DNA of 64,000 nucleotides from an uncultured bacterium (GCA_965371245.1 CBDUXT010000009.1:1796-65795); one strand, 5' to 3'. Counted from the stretch's first letter, positions 37,547-46,840 are shown. The notes: a model not told the origin generated them from the sequence alone. A program made the numbers and translations.

Positions 37547-40500
37547 CGCCCCAGTCCACCAGCGGCTTCCGCGATCCGTGTCCCGTCGCCGCCTCGGCGA
37601 TAGATGCGCATCTTGTATTGGCGCCGTTGAATCCGGCGCCGCTCCCAGGGCTTGCGACCCTCGTACCAGGTCGCCCGGAACGCCTCGGGATGGAGCGCTT
37701 CGCCCACCAGCACATATCCGGGCGGTGGCTCGAAACGATCATACCGTTCGCGCACGTACCAGAGGTATTTGAAGTTCGCGCAGATAAACTCCGGGCGCCG
37801 TGCCGCCGCGGCATCGTGCGAGACGAGCAACACGTACTTGTCCGAGCCACCGGGGCGCGTGTCCGTCACCATCGCAAGCGCCGGGTCGAACCGCTCGATC
37901 GTCTCCGGCGGATCGATCTGCGGCCGTCCCCACAAGGCGTTGGGCGGATACGTAACGTCGCGCCCGAGCGCGGTCATGGTCTCTTGCAGGAAGTCGGCCG
38001 GGTAGACGACTTGTCGGTACTCCACAGCAAACGTCGCGAACGAAACGGCGGAAGCCGCGAGCAGGCTCCCCACAAGAATCCGCCGCCCCCACACCCAGCG
38101 CACGTGAAACACCATCAGCACCGCCCCACCCACCAGGAACGGCAGGTACATCATCAACACACGACCATACCACACCATCCGGCCCAGCAGCACGCCCATC
38201 GACGCGTGGAAAAGATAGCACACGATGGCCGCGACCATCGCGATGCGGGCGGCCGGCGGAATGTTCGCGCTCCGTCGCCAAAGGACCAGCCCCGCGAACG
38301 CGAGAAAAAGCGCCAGCAGCACGATCCCCACCACCGTCTCCACGTCTTGCAGGTAGTGCCAGAGGAAGACGAAGCCTTCCTTGGGGTCGCCCATCGAGAT
38401 GGTTCCGGAAAGCGATCGAAGGTCTTGGAGATACGAGCGACCGGTCATCTGCGCCGCCGCCTCGAAGGCGCCGATCACGGATACGAAGGCAATCGCGAAC
38501 AGCGCGGGCGAAAGCACGCGAGATCGCGATCGCAGCGTCGCGACCACTGCGTTGATGAGTACGAAGGCGTAGTGCCCCGGATAACACGCATAGGCAAAGC
38601 CCGACAGCACACCGGCCACCGCCGTGCGCCGCCCGGAGATCTTGTTGGCCGGAGAAAGGATGTACAGGGCGCCAAGGAAGATGAGCAGCGACTCGGGGTA
38701 GGGAAGCAGATGCCGGATCCATACGTTGGCGTTGCAGAGAAGGGAATAGACGGCGGCGATCAAGAGGCCGGCCCATGCGCTGCCCGTCCAGCGGCGTCCG
38801 ACCCCGAACAGACACGCGGTGATTCCCAGCGTGACCAGCACGTTGAACGCAGAGGCCACGTCAAAGGAACGAACCGTGTCTCGCGCCGCACCGCCCAGCG
38901 CCTCCACGCCGCGCTGCGCCAGCGTCGGGATGACGCTGATCAGCACAAACCCCGGACGAGCCGGCGGCACGTCGCGTCCGGCTTCGAAGAGATGAACGCC
39001 GGCTTCTGCAAACTCACCCCGACTCACCGAATCGATCAGGTCGCTCGCGGGGAGATAACAGAGTTCGTCGCCCCAGTTGAAGTGTCCGCGATCAATCAGC
39101 GTCCAGCGGTAGACGCCCAAGACCGCAAGCAGGACGACAAGCCCCGCCACCGGGGCCATCGAGCGCATCCTTCGTCGATCACCGAGGCTGCGTTCGTTTC
39201 TGACATCCGACCCCGAACCCGCCGGAAGCGGCTTGCGCCGAATCCTGCTCCTGACCGGGACGTGTGTCCTGCGCTGGCTGGTCACCGTACCTCCGCGCAC
39301 CGGTATCCTCGCCGGTCGGCGGTGCCACGGGTCGTGGGTCTCTACGACCTCCGCGCGCGGCGGCGCGAGTCGCGCCTTCGCCATCCCGATCAAACGCGTG
39401 ACGGTCGATCCCACAAAGACCGCTGCCAAGGCCGTATCGATCCCCAGCCAAACACCCTCCATCCGCGCCATCGACGCATAGGTGCTGGCCGTCAGCCCAA
39501 TGACGACCGCGTCGGCCAGGTAAGCGAGCGCGAGGAAGCCGCACACCCGGCGGTTCAGTCCCAGCGCGGCGCAGAAGATGATCGCCAGCGCCGGCCAAAG
39601 CGAGCCCAGGTGGTTCACCTTGCCCACGACGGCCACGGTAGCCGGGTGCATCACGGCAAAGCGCAGCGTCGCCCAGGGCTCACCCGCCGCGAAGGGTGCC
39701 TTTGTTGCAGCCGCGGCGCGCATCCGATCGACCAGGTCGATGGTGTGCTCGACAGTGCGGTGCGGAAGTGACCAGTAGGCGAACCATCGCTTGTTTGCGG
39801 TCTCGACATCGGGTGCAAGCGGATGGGTCAACGCCGGTCGCCGTCGCTCGGCGGGCACCGCTGACGTCGTCTTCGGCAGCGTCTTGCGAAGCAGATGCGC
39901 TCCGGCCAATACGGCGCTCTGCTTGAGATAGGGGATCGGGTGTTCGACGACGACCTCGCCGCTCGCCCGTTTCATTAGAGCGTCAAAATCCCACTCCGTC
40001 ATGCCATGATCGTGGATGGCCCGATGACGAGCGACCCAGGCATCCAGGTTCGTCGCGACGTAGGCCAGGTCCGGCGCGCGGTCCGGCAACAGCGCCAACG
40101 ACGCTTCGGCCGCATCGGAGTCGGTAAACGGCAGCCCCTGCATATAGTGACACCGCACCGTCATCGCCAGACCCAGCGATCCGTTGCTTGGTCTAAACCG
40201 GTCATCGTAGCGCCGGTTCAGCTCACACTCGAGAAGCACCGAGGCAGCGACGGGGGCCAGCAGGATCATGACGGAGGCGATCGCGCGACGCGGGTCGCTT
40301 CTTGAGCACCACAGCACCGAGACGGCGCCCACAGCGATCAGCGGCGCCGCCACGGATCGCGTCAGCCAGGCAAGCCCCATCAGCGTCCCGGCGAGGAGCA
40401 GCCATCCTCCCCAACGACGACGCGAAAGGGCTATCGCGAGCGCGAGAACGCTGAATGCCAGAAGTGCGGCATAGAGCGATTCGGACATGATCCGCTCGCC

Positions 40501-40929
40501 CAGGATGAACGTCTGAAGTCGACAGACGGTGAGTGCGGCCGCGAGCCACCCGACCCATCGCGCGACCAGGCACACACCCAAGCCGAACGCCGCCAGCGGC
40601 AACAGCGCCTGAAGCACGTGGTTGACCGCCACCGCCGCCCAGCCCATGTTCCCCAGGGTCAGGGCGACGCCCGCGAGCAGGAACGAATATCCGGGCTTGC
40701 GCAGGGCGAAGTGCGGATCGGACCCATCGGAAAGCAGAGCCTCGGCGTTATCGACATACTGCACCGAATCGCCGCTGATGATGGATCGACCCTGCTGGAT
40801 CGAGAAGTGCCCGGCCTCTGCAACCAGGCTGATAGCCAGGATCAACAGGACGTCCCACCAGGGGAACCTTGTGGTTCGCTGACCGGTATTCAACGCAACC
40901 TTCTCCTGGTATATGGACCTCCCCCGCAT
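37543..40929 (-). CDS. large membrane protein made of two GT-C/PMT(ArnT)-like glycosyltransferase modules
   Basis: 1128 aa. Module 1 contains ...ALRKPGYSFLLAGV...LTRSVA. An Arg-rich linker follows. Module 2 starts near MRSMAPVAGLVVLL (39168/39159) and contains ...ARPGFVLISV... Both modules are poly-TM. Confidence 0.75.
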   Translation of the reverse strand: MRGRSIYQEKVALNTGQRTTRFPWWDVLLILAISLVAEAGHFSIQQGRSIISGDSVQYVDNAEALLSDGSDPHFALRKPGYSFLLAGVALTLGNMGWAAVAVNHVLQALLPLAAFGLGVCLVARWVGWLAAALTVCRLQTFILGERIMSESLYAALLAFSVLALAIALSRRRWGGWLLLAGTLMGLAWLTRSVAAPLIAVGAVSVLWCSRSDPRRAIASVMILLAPVAASVLLECELNRRYDDRFRPSNGSLGLAMTVRCHYMQGLPFTDSDAAEASLALLPDRAPDLAYVATNLDAWVARHRAIHDHGMTEWDFDALMKRASGEVVVEHPIPYLKQSAVLAGAHLLRKTLPKTTSAVPAERRRPALTHPLAPDVETANKRWFAYWSLPHRTVEHTIDLVDRMRAAAATKAPFAAGEPWATLRFAVMHPATVAVVGKVNHLGSLWPALAIIFCAALGLNRRVCGFLALAYLADAVVIGLTASTYASMARMEGVWLGIDTALAAVFVGSTVTRLIGMAKARLAPPRAEVVETHDPWHRRPARIPVRGGTVTSQRRTHVPVRSRIRRKPLPAGSGSDVRNERSLGDRRRMRSMAPVAGLVVLLAVLGVYRWTLIDRGHFNWGDELCYLPASDLIDSVSRGEFAEAGVHLFEAGRDVPPARPGFVLISVIPTLAQRGVEALGGAARDTVRSFDVASAFNVLVTLGITACLFGVGRRWTGSAWAGLLIAAVYSLLCNANVWIRHLLPYPESLLIFLGALYILSPANKISGRRTAVAGVLSGFAYACYPGHYAFVLINAVVATLRSRSRVLSPALFAIAFVSVIGAFEAAAQMTGRSYLQDLRSLSGTISMGDPKEGFVFLWHYLQDVETVVGIVLLALFLAFAGLVLWRRSANIPPAARIAMVAAIVCYLFHASMGVLLGRMVWYGRVLMMYLPFLVGGAVLMVFHVRWVWGRRILVGSLLAASAVSFATFAVEYRQVVYPADFLQETMTALGRDVTYPPNALWGRPQIDPPETIERFDPALAMVTDTRPGGSDKYVLLVSHDAAAARRPEFICANFKYLWYVRERYDRFEPPPGYVLVGEALHPEAFRATWYEGRKPWERRRIQRRQYKMRIYRRGGDGTRIAEAAGGLGR

Positions 40930-40965
40930 GGGTCCGTGACACTTCCGGCGGAACGGGGACGATGA

Positions 40966-41083
40966 GTCAGAGCCGCGGGCGCCAGCCTGCGGACCCCTGC
41001 GTCATCATGTCACCGGGCTCGCGCCCGCCGGCAAGCCGGTTTTGCCGGTGCTCTGAAAACTGCCCAACGCCGATTCTGTCATG
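40966..41083 (-). repeat. dispersed repeat family B, copy B2 (37 nt upstream of the 40929 start codon)
   Basis: The reverse complement shares the three conserved blocks and both hairpins of B1. The GCGA tetraloop hairpin is at 41014-41027 and the second hairpin is at 40973-40992. Confidence 0.65.
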
Positions 41084-41215
41084 CATCCCCCCCGCATCAC
41101 CCAGAGTGCGCGGAAACGGCACCGCCAGACCCTGTATTTTCGGACATACGCGTGGCGAACTGATGATAGGGCTCTCATGGTCCGGCAAGCGCGAGATAAC
41201 CGGTGCTATGACCAC

Positions 41216-41248
41216 GGGTGCCATGACCAAGCGCAGCGCTGCCATGTG
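41216..41248 (-). repeat. partial copy (3' half) of repeat family A
   Basis: The reverse complement, cacatggcagcgctgcgcttggtcatggcaccc, matches A1 9259-9291 at 30 of 33 positions. Confidence 0.6.
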
Positions 41249-41340
41249 GTTCGTGCCGAGACCCGGCGGTCCGTGGAACCACTGTGGCGCGGGCTGCCAG
41301 CCCTTGTATGCACCGGCTGAAAGCCGGTACCACATCGGAC

Positions 41341-42765
41341 TCAGGAGGACTCGGTGGGCGACTCGACATCGACAGCGGACGGGGTCGTCGATCGCCGGGG
41401 CAAAGGAATCATCGCGACCACCAGCAGCAGGGGGACCATCGGCACGCGAAACCGCGGGTCGAGCTGCGGCGTGGTGGCCACAAGCAGCGCGGCCGTGCAG
41501 ACCAGCGGAAAGTAGACCTCATCGAACCGAAGCCCCCGGCGAGCCAACCGAAACAGCACGGCCAGCAACAAGGCCAGGTACGCAAGCCCCGTCGCCAGCC
41601 ATTTCAGGCGGGTTGGAGCGATGCCATCCGGCGGCAAAGCGGCCAGGTTCAGCGGGAACGTCAAGAGCGATCCGCTCCGAACCAATCCGCACGTGAGCGT
41701 GCTGATCGGAGCTTTCGATAACTCTTCCCAGCCGATTGCGCCGAGCGCTCGCGACAGTGCAAACGAGTCGATTCCGGTCCTGTTGCCCTGGGCGAGGTTC
41801 GACCAGCGCAGGGTGCCTCGAACATCGTCGGGCAGTGCCGCAAACCGCCTGCGCAGTCGCTGGTCGATCGATTCCCACACGGTGTGGGGTTGATGGCGTC
41901 GGTCCTCGCTGAGCGACGTTTCAACGTACCGCTCGCGAGTCCGGCCTGCGCGCCACAACGAAACCTCCGTCGCCTTGAAGTAGGCCAGCACGATGCCACC
42001 CTGGTGGGACAGCGTGAAGTGCCCGGCGACCCGATAGGTCCGCAACATCCACCCTCCGACAACTAGCAGGCACGACGCGGCGAAGATCACCGGTATGCCC
42101 CAGCGCCGACGTCGGGCGCCTTCATCGGCACGCCTTCCCCGACCCGCCATCACCTGCTGAACAAGTAACCCCATCAGCAGCAGCGGCGGAACCAACGCCG
42201 CCACCGGACGAGTGAGAACCGCCAGCCCGATGAGCAGGCCCAGCACAGCCGCCCACGTCAACGTCCGCAGCTCGACCACTTTCTGCCAAGCGTGCCACGA
42301 AAGTAGCACCACCGTCAAGAAGAACGTGGAGGACAATAGCCATAGGGAGTACATCGCGCCGTAGGGTTCGATCAGGAACAGGACGGCCGCCAGAAGGGAC
42401 CATCGCGGCGTCATCCACCGGCTTGCCAGGCGATACAACAGCCACCCGGAGAAGACAGCCAGAATCTGCTGCGCGACAATGATCGCGACCGGCGAATCGC
42501 CCACCACGAGCATGAGCATCGCGACGAAGATCGGATAGCCCGGCGTGCGCCAGGTGTCCGGCGCAAAAGGCGGTTCCTCGGCCTGGCTGAACGCGCCGTG
42601 CTCGACGAGGTTACGGGCGAGTTGGTGGAACTCGGTGCAATCCAACGATTCGAAGGCGTACCCGTCGATCCGCCCGGTGCGCTGATGCACCAGCGCCATC
42701 GCACCGGCATGGACCATCACCCCCGCCAACACGACAAACACGCCCGCTCGCCGATCCAACCACAT
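41341..42765 (-). CDS. GT-C/PMT(ArnT)-like membrane glycosyltransferase
   Basis: I prefer the start MWLDRRAGVFVVLAG (ATG 42765). It contains ...TWRTPGYPIFVAML...LTRPVA and is poly-TM. The ORF-track N-terminal extension to 43347 is non-membrane and crosses mobile-element debris. Confidence 0.8.
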   Translation of the reverse strand: MWLDRRAGVFVVLAGVMVHAGAMALVHQRTGRIDGYAFESLDCTEFHQLARNLVEHGAFSQAEEPPFAPDTWRTPGYPIFVAMLMLVVGDSPVAIIVAQQILAVFSGWLLYRLASRWMTPRWSLLAAVLFLIEPYGAMYSLWLLSSTFFLTVVLLSWHAWQKVVELRTLTWAAVLGLLIGLAVLTRPVAALVPPLLLMGLLVQQVMAGRGRRADEGARRRRWGIPVIFAASCLLVVGGWMLRTYRVAGHFTLSHQGGIVLAYFKATEVSLWRAGRTRERYVETSLSEDRRHQPHTVWESIDQRLRRRFAALPDDVRGTLRWSNLAQGNRTGIDSFALSRALGAIGWEELSKAPISTLTCGLVRSGSLLTFPLNLAALPPDGIAPTRLKWLATGLAYLALLLAVLFRLARRGLRFDEVYFPLVCTAALLVATTPQLDPRFRVPMVPLLLVVAMIPLPRRSTTPSAVDVESPTESS

Positions 42766-42879
42766 GGTCGCCCATGATAAGCGGTCCAGCGCACAACGGC
42801 GAACAGGTCGGTCCAAGAGTCCGCGCGAACAACCGCCTGCGCCTCGGCGCGGACGACCGACTCGTGCCGCGACACGACT

Positions 42880-43116
42880 CATTCGCAGCACACACCTTGG
42901 CTGCAAGCCGCCTTGGAGCGTAAGAAGCCGGACCGCGAGTACGAACGTCGGCTGGACGGTCAAGGCGAAGCTCGACTCATCGCGCTGACGTGCACCCAAG
43001 CGCCGGAGGGTCGAAAGCGATGGACCCTTGAACTGCTGGCCGGGCGGATGGTGGCGTTGAGCTACGTTCCGGCGTTGTCGCGTGCCACGGTCCGGCGCGT
43101 TCGCCGTCGTCGGTAG
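42880..43116 (+). mobile_element. IS630-family transposase fragment (N-terminal HTH part only)
   Basis: ...LQAALERKKPDREYERRLDGQGEARLIALTCTQAPEGRKRWTLELLAGRMVALSYVPALSRATVRR, then a stop. No DDE domain follows. Confidence 0.6.
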
Positions 43117-43324
43117 GTTGGCGGATAGGATGCGATGCGTCTGGGAGTAATGAAGGCGTCGGCGACGGGGAATTTCGGGCCAGGCTGCGTCCCGCAAGTA
43201 GCCGCAGCAGAAAGGTTTTTCAGTTCCGCCGCCGACGCGATAATGCTGTGACCAAGTGTACCCCACCGGTCGGTGGTAGGCCGGAAATTCAATGAACATT
43301 CCAAACAAAATGGCGGGCGCCCTC

Positions 43325-43651
43325 CTACATCCTCGCTTCCGTGGCAATGCCGGTACCCGCTACCCAACCGACACGCGTTTCGCGCAGTTCTTGCGCGTCC
43401 GACTCGCCTACCACGGGGGTAGCCTGGGCGTCGTTCAGTTCCCGGCGCACCGCGTCGGCGTTTGGCCCGGTAAGGGCTGGTCGCTCTGCTTTGGCTCCGC
43501 TGAGTTTGTCTTCGTACCACTTGAGTTGATCGGGTTGGATTCGATTTGCGGTTGCCCATTCACGTATGGCGTGACGTTGGCTCTTCGTGGTTTGCTTATC
43601 ACGGGTGGAAACGCGGACATAGACGCCGATTTTTTTGGCTGGTTTCTTCAT
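43325..43651 (-). pseudogene. serine recombinase (resolvase/invertase) fragment, 3'-truncated
   Basis: MKKPAKKIGVYVRVSTRDKQTTKSQRHAIREWA...KLSGAKAERPAL holds the catalytic-Ser region. It is only about 108 aa with no HTH domain. Confidence 0.6.
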
Positions 43652-44020
43652 GCTTTCGGGCTCCAAGTGGCGACTATTCGCCAGCCCGTGTGTTAGCTGT
43701 TTTGGGCTCTCCGCGCAAGAGAAATTCAACCAAATCAGGGAAAGAGTTTGCAGGCTTTTCGGGCTTGTTTTCTGGGGTTGTGGGGCTGATTCGAGGTTGC
43801 CGTAGGAGCCGTTTTAATACGATCTGAGAGCCTTTGGAGGTTGGATGGTCTGATTAGACGTTGGAGGGATTTCGAGCCGTTTATGGGCTTTTATGGAGCC
43901 CCTGAAGGATTTCAATTTCCCGCGAAATTTTCATAGGCTTAGACTTGCTGGTCTTGCTTGAGGCGTTAGGTTCTTGTTGTTGTGGGTTACATTGGCTTAC
44001 TCGCTTGAAAGGATGCAACA

Positions 44021-44437
44021 ATGATCGGACTCGAACGTCGTTATGAGTTCGTCACCGCTCAGCAACGCTATTACAACGAGAAGATAATCGAGGCGTTTCT
44101 TCTGTTTGTAAAACTCGCGACAGCCATCGTCGGCGGCGTGGTTTGGCTCAACATCCAAGAATTGCCGCAAGCTGACCAGAAGTTATATAACACGAGTGCG
44201 TTGTGGCTCTTTGTTGCCGTCGCCACTGCCACGCTGATGATGGTCTGGGTTAACCTTGACGCATGGTGGGGTTATCGCGAAGCCGAAATCGATTTGTCGC
44301 CCGAAGCTCCAAAGCTGAAGCCCTTCTTGTCTTGTCGCATCGAAATACTCATGTCCTTGATAATCATCTTTGCGGTCTGGGCGTTCGTGAAGTTCTGCGG
44401 ATCGGTGCCAACGGTGATCTGGCTTTCTCGGCGTTAA
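44021..44437 (+). CDS. hypothetical 3-TM membrane protein (island cassette gene 1)
   Basis: 138 aa. Three hydrophobic segments are separated by short loops. A GAAAGG RBS-like sequence lies upstream. Confidence 0.6.
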   Translation: MIGLERRYEFVTAQQRYYNEKIIEAFLLFVKLATAIVGGVVWLNIQELPQADQKLYNTSALWLFVAVATATLMMVWVNLDAWWGYREAEIDLSPEAPKLKPFLSCRIEILMSLIIIFAVWAFVKFCGSVPTVIWLSRR

Positions 44438-44537
44438 GAAACTTATGTCTCGCGAGATCTCAGGCTTGCGACGATTTGGTTCCGTGGGTATGGTTTCGCC
44501 CTGATTGCGAATTCTTCTTCGATTGAAAGGCTGAATC

Positions 44538-44942
44538 ATGGCGATGAGAGCCCTTGTTCTGGTTATCGCGGTTTCACTCGTAGCTACTACGCTGTCGTTT
44601 GCCTCAAATCAGAAGCCGAAGCCTAAGCGTATCGCAAATCGCGTGGCTGATCTTGAGCAAGCCGTCAATGATTTGCGGGATCGAGTGGCAGCCTTGGAAG
44701 GCAAGCCCAAGAAAAAGAAGGCCAGCGATCCGTTCGGGGCATGTCGTGAATGGGGAAAAGACAGCGGTTATATCCGTAAGATGACATCGGATTACAGGGT
44801 ATTCAAGAACGCGGGACTGTCTGAGGATGAGATGTTGAGAGGCTCTCTCGACGCTTGCCAGGAGCGTGTGACCAAGGCAGGCGAGCTACCGAAGTGTCGT
44901 GCCTGCATGACGGCAATACTCAGTGAATTGTTCAAAGAATAG
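44538..44942 (+). CDS. hypothetical secreted protein with coiled-coil and 4-Cys C-terminal region (island cassette gene 2)
   Basis: The signal peptide is MAMRALVLVIAVSLVATTLSFA. A heptad-like stretch is RVADLEQAVNDLRDRVAALEG. The Cys residues fall in GACREW / DACQER / KCRAC. Confidence 0.6.
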   Translation: MAMRALVLVIAVSLVATTLSFASNQKPKPKRIANRVADLEQAVNDLRDRVAALEGKPKKKKASDPFGACREWGKDSGYIRKMTSDYRVFKNAGLSEDEMLRGSLDACQERVTKAGELPKCRACMTAILSELFKE

Positions 44943-44962
44943 TTATCTCGAAAGGCTGAATC

Positions 44963-45235
44963 ATGGCGAAAAAACGTAAATCTTGTGGGATCACGACGGG
45001 CGTTGGCAAGCGACATAAGGACGGATGCCCAGAGAAAAAGAGCGGCAAAACGAAGACAGGACTTACGATCGACGGAGCGACTCCGATTCCAAATCTCTTG
45101 ACATGGCAAGCCCAAATCACGGAGCAACTCAAGTTGCGTAAGGCAACGGACGTGAAAAAAGTCAAGGAAGCGATTGCTGAAATCGGTTCGCTGGAGACGC
45201 GACTTGCGAAAGCCAAAGAACTGGCGGGCGTTTGA
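44963..45235 (+). CDS. hypothetical small basic protein (island cassette gene 3)
   Basis: 90 aa. A Lys/Arg-rich N-terminus with two Cys (MAKKRKSCG...KDGC) and a coiled-coil-like C-terminus. Confidence 0.5.
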   Translation: MAKKRKSCGITTGVGKRHKDGCPEKKSGKTKTGLTIDGATPIPNLLTWQAQITEQLKLRKATDVKKVKEAIAEIGSLETRLAKAKELAGV

Positions 45236-45272
45236 CGTAACGAGTGGTCGCATGTGGGCAGCGTCCTGTTCC

Positions 45273-45518
45273 TTATTTTCCGAAGCTCATAAGCCATTTG
45301 AAGATTACAGGGATTGACCAGCCTGTTAATGAAAAGACCAACGCAAGAGCAGCCAACCCAAAAGACCATCGGGCGATCTTGACAGAGTTCTCGGCTGCGG
45401 TAGCCGAGCGGTCTTGCATAGACATTTGGTCGTGGTGCCTTCGCTCGTCAGTCTGCTGTTGGTGAAGCCGCTCTTGGGCAGCCTGAAGCTCTTTTGTTTT
45501 CTCGCTGAAGTTGTCCAT
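45273..45518 (-). CDS. hypothetical tail-anchored small membrane protein, coupled to the integrase
   Basis: 81 aa. A polar, helical N-terminus and a C-terminal TM (WSFGLAALALVFSLTGWSIPVIF). The ATG lies 2 nt after the integrase TAG. Confidence 0.5.
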   Translation of the reverse strand: MDNFSEKTKELQAAQERLHQQQTDERRHHDQMSMQDRSATAAENSVKIARWSFGLAALALVFSLTGWSIPVIFKWLMSFGK

Positions 45519-45520
45519 TC

Positions 45521-46840
45521 CTATTTTTTTCCGCGAAAATAGTATCGTTCGATCGCTTCACAAGCAAGCTCCACGTTACGTCTTACAACATAGTGCTCTT
45601 TGATCCCCGCAGACTGTCCAGCAAGTAAATCAATTTGGCGATCAGGGACGGTTGGATCATTGCTTGCAGCGGTCATAGCTGATTTCCGAAGATGCTTAAA
45701 GGTTCGATCCTTGACTCCCGCCTTGTCACAAAGTGCCACGAAGTGGTCATTAAACGTACAGGTTGCGGCGGGTTGCTTTTGAGTGGACAAGAAAACGTGA
45801 CTATGTCCATTCTTGATGGCTTTCAACGCTCGTATCGTCCGCTTCCACAACGCACAAATTCTGGGAAGGGGGGTGTCCGTTAGCTTTTCTGATTTGCTCC
45901 TGTCGAAACGGATCAACTCTTTTTCAAAGTTAACCATATCCCATGTCAAGCGTTTACAATCAACGGGATAATACGCGGCATTCAGTGACAACAGTATGAC
46001 AGCCTTTTCCCACTTGTCAGCCTTGGACAAGATCGCTTTCATGTTCTTTGCGGAAATATCCAAGGGCTTGGGCTTTGGCTTTGGTGGTTGCTTCAGCAAG
46101 GTCTTATGAGACAGGATGCTTTTCTCGGTATCGCTCAGGTCGAGTTCGACGGCAGCGTCATTGATAATGGTCTTGATCTTGCCAAATCTTGAGCGAACCC
46201 AGACGCTGGAGCGTTTCTCTTTCCGAGCCTTGATCGTCTTTCGGTACTTTTTGAAAGCGTCTCGGCTCAGGTCGGTTATAACTTTCGCTCCCGTGATGGC
46301 TCGAAATTCTTTCCACCATGTACGGGAGTTCTCGGCTTCCGTGGGCGTTAGCGTCCGCACGTCAAGGTAGGATTCAAGCAGATCAAACAGAGGCTTTGAC
46401 GCGGCGGGCGGTTTCAAGTCCTCGACGTTGGCAAGCAACGCCAGAGGCTCGCAATCAAGATCGACAGACGCTCGCTTGGGATCGCTGTAGATCAAGTTCC
46501 GTATCCGATCCCGCTCTTGCTGGCGGATGGATTCAAGGTCGGTTTCGATCCCGTCTGGGCTCCATGTGGTCGGGATCATCGTACGATCCCGCCCTATCGT
46601 TGCGTCGAGAGCTTCAAGACTGTTTGGCATGGTGACAGGGATCGGTGGTGGTGGTGGCGATCCGTCTTGTTCACGTTGCCACAGGCGGAACCTATGGATC
46701 GCCTTTTCTGGATCGGAACCAAAGGACGGCGAGCCCTTGCCAACGGGATAGAAACGCCCCGATTTTTTATCTCTTCGGAGGTTTAGAATCGTCTCCCGAT
46801 TGTGGACGTAGTGGTTGCCTTTCGGTCCAGGTTTGGTCAT
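45521..46840 (-). CDS. tyrosine recombinase / phage-type integrase
   Basis: I prefer the start MTKPGPKGNHYV (ATG 46840). The C-terminal catalytic region is ...TFKHLRKSAMTAA...LLAGQSAGIKEHYV. The ORF-track extension to 47401 reads through the tRNA. Confidence 0.85.
   Translation of the reverse strand: MTKPGPKGNHYVHNRETILNLRRDKKSGRFYPVGKGSPSFGSDPEKAIHRFRLWQREQDGSPPPPPIPVTMPNSLEALDATIGRDRTMIPTTWSPDGIETDLESIRQQERDRIRNLIYSDPKRASVDLDCEPLALLANVEDLKPPAASKPLFDLLESYLDVRTLTPTEAENSRTWWKEFRAITGAKVITDLSRDAFKKYRKTIKARKEKRSSVWVRSRFGKIKTIINDAAVELDLSDTEKSILSHKTLLKQPPKPKPKPLDISAKNMKAILSKADKWEKAVILLSLNAAYYPVDCKRLTWDMVNFEKELIRFDRSKSEKLTDTPLPRICALWKRTIRALKAIKNGHSHVFLSTQKQPAATCTFNDHFVALCDKAGVKDRTFKHLRKSAMTAASNDPTVPDRQIDLLAGQSAGIKEHYVVRRNVELACEAIERYYFRGKK

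Noticed and set aside
37420-39771. 783-aa plus-strand ORF
   Set aside because: It is antisense to the GT-C membrane protein gene. It has extreme Arg/His/Pro composition and starts inside repeat A2. It is a shadow ORF.
41341-43347. 668-aa version of the GT-C gene
   Set aside because: The first ~194 aa are non-membrane, cross the IS630 fragment on the opposite strand and lack family features. The start at 42765 (MWLDRR...) fits the family.
44024-44038. gatcggactcgaacg, matching the tRNA-Ala T-arm region (gatgggactcgaacc) at 13 of 15 positions, as the distal att site
   Set aside because: The match is short, lies inside the start of a coding ORF, and the adjacent tRNA 3'-terminal bases (tggagcc) are not contiguous with it. 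A chance match cannot be excluded.
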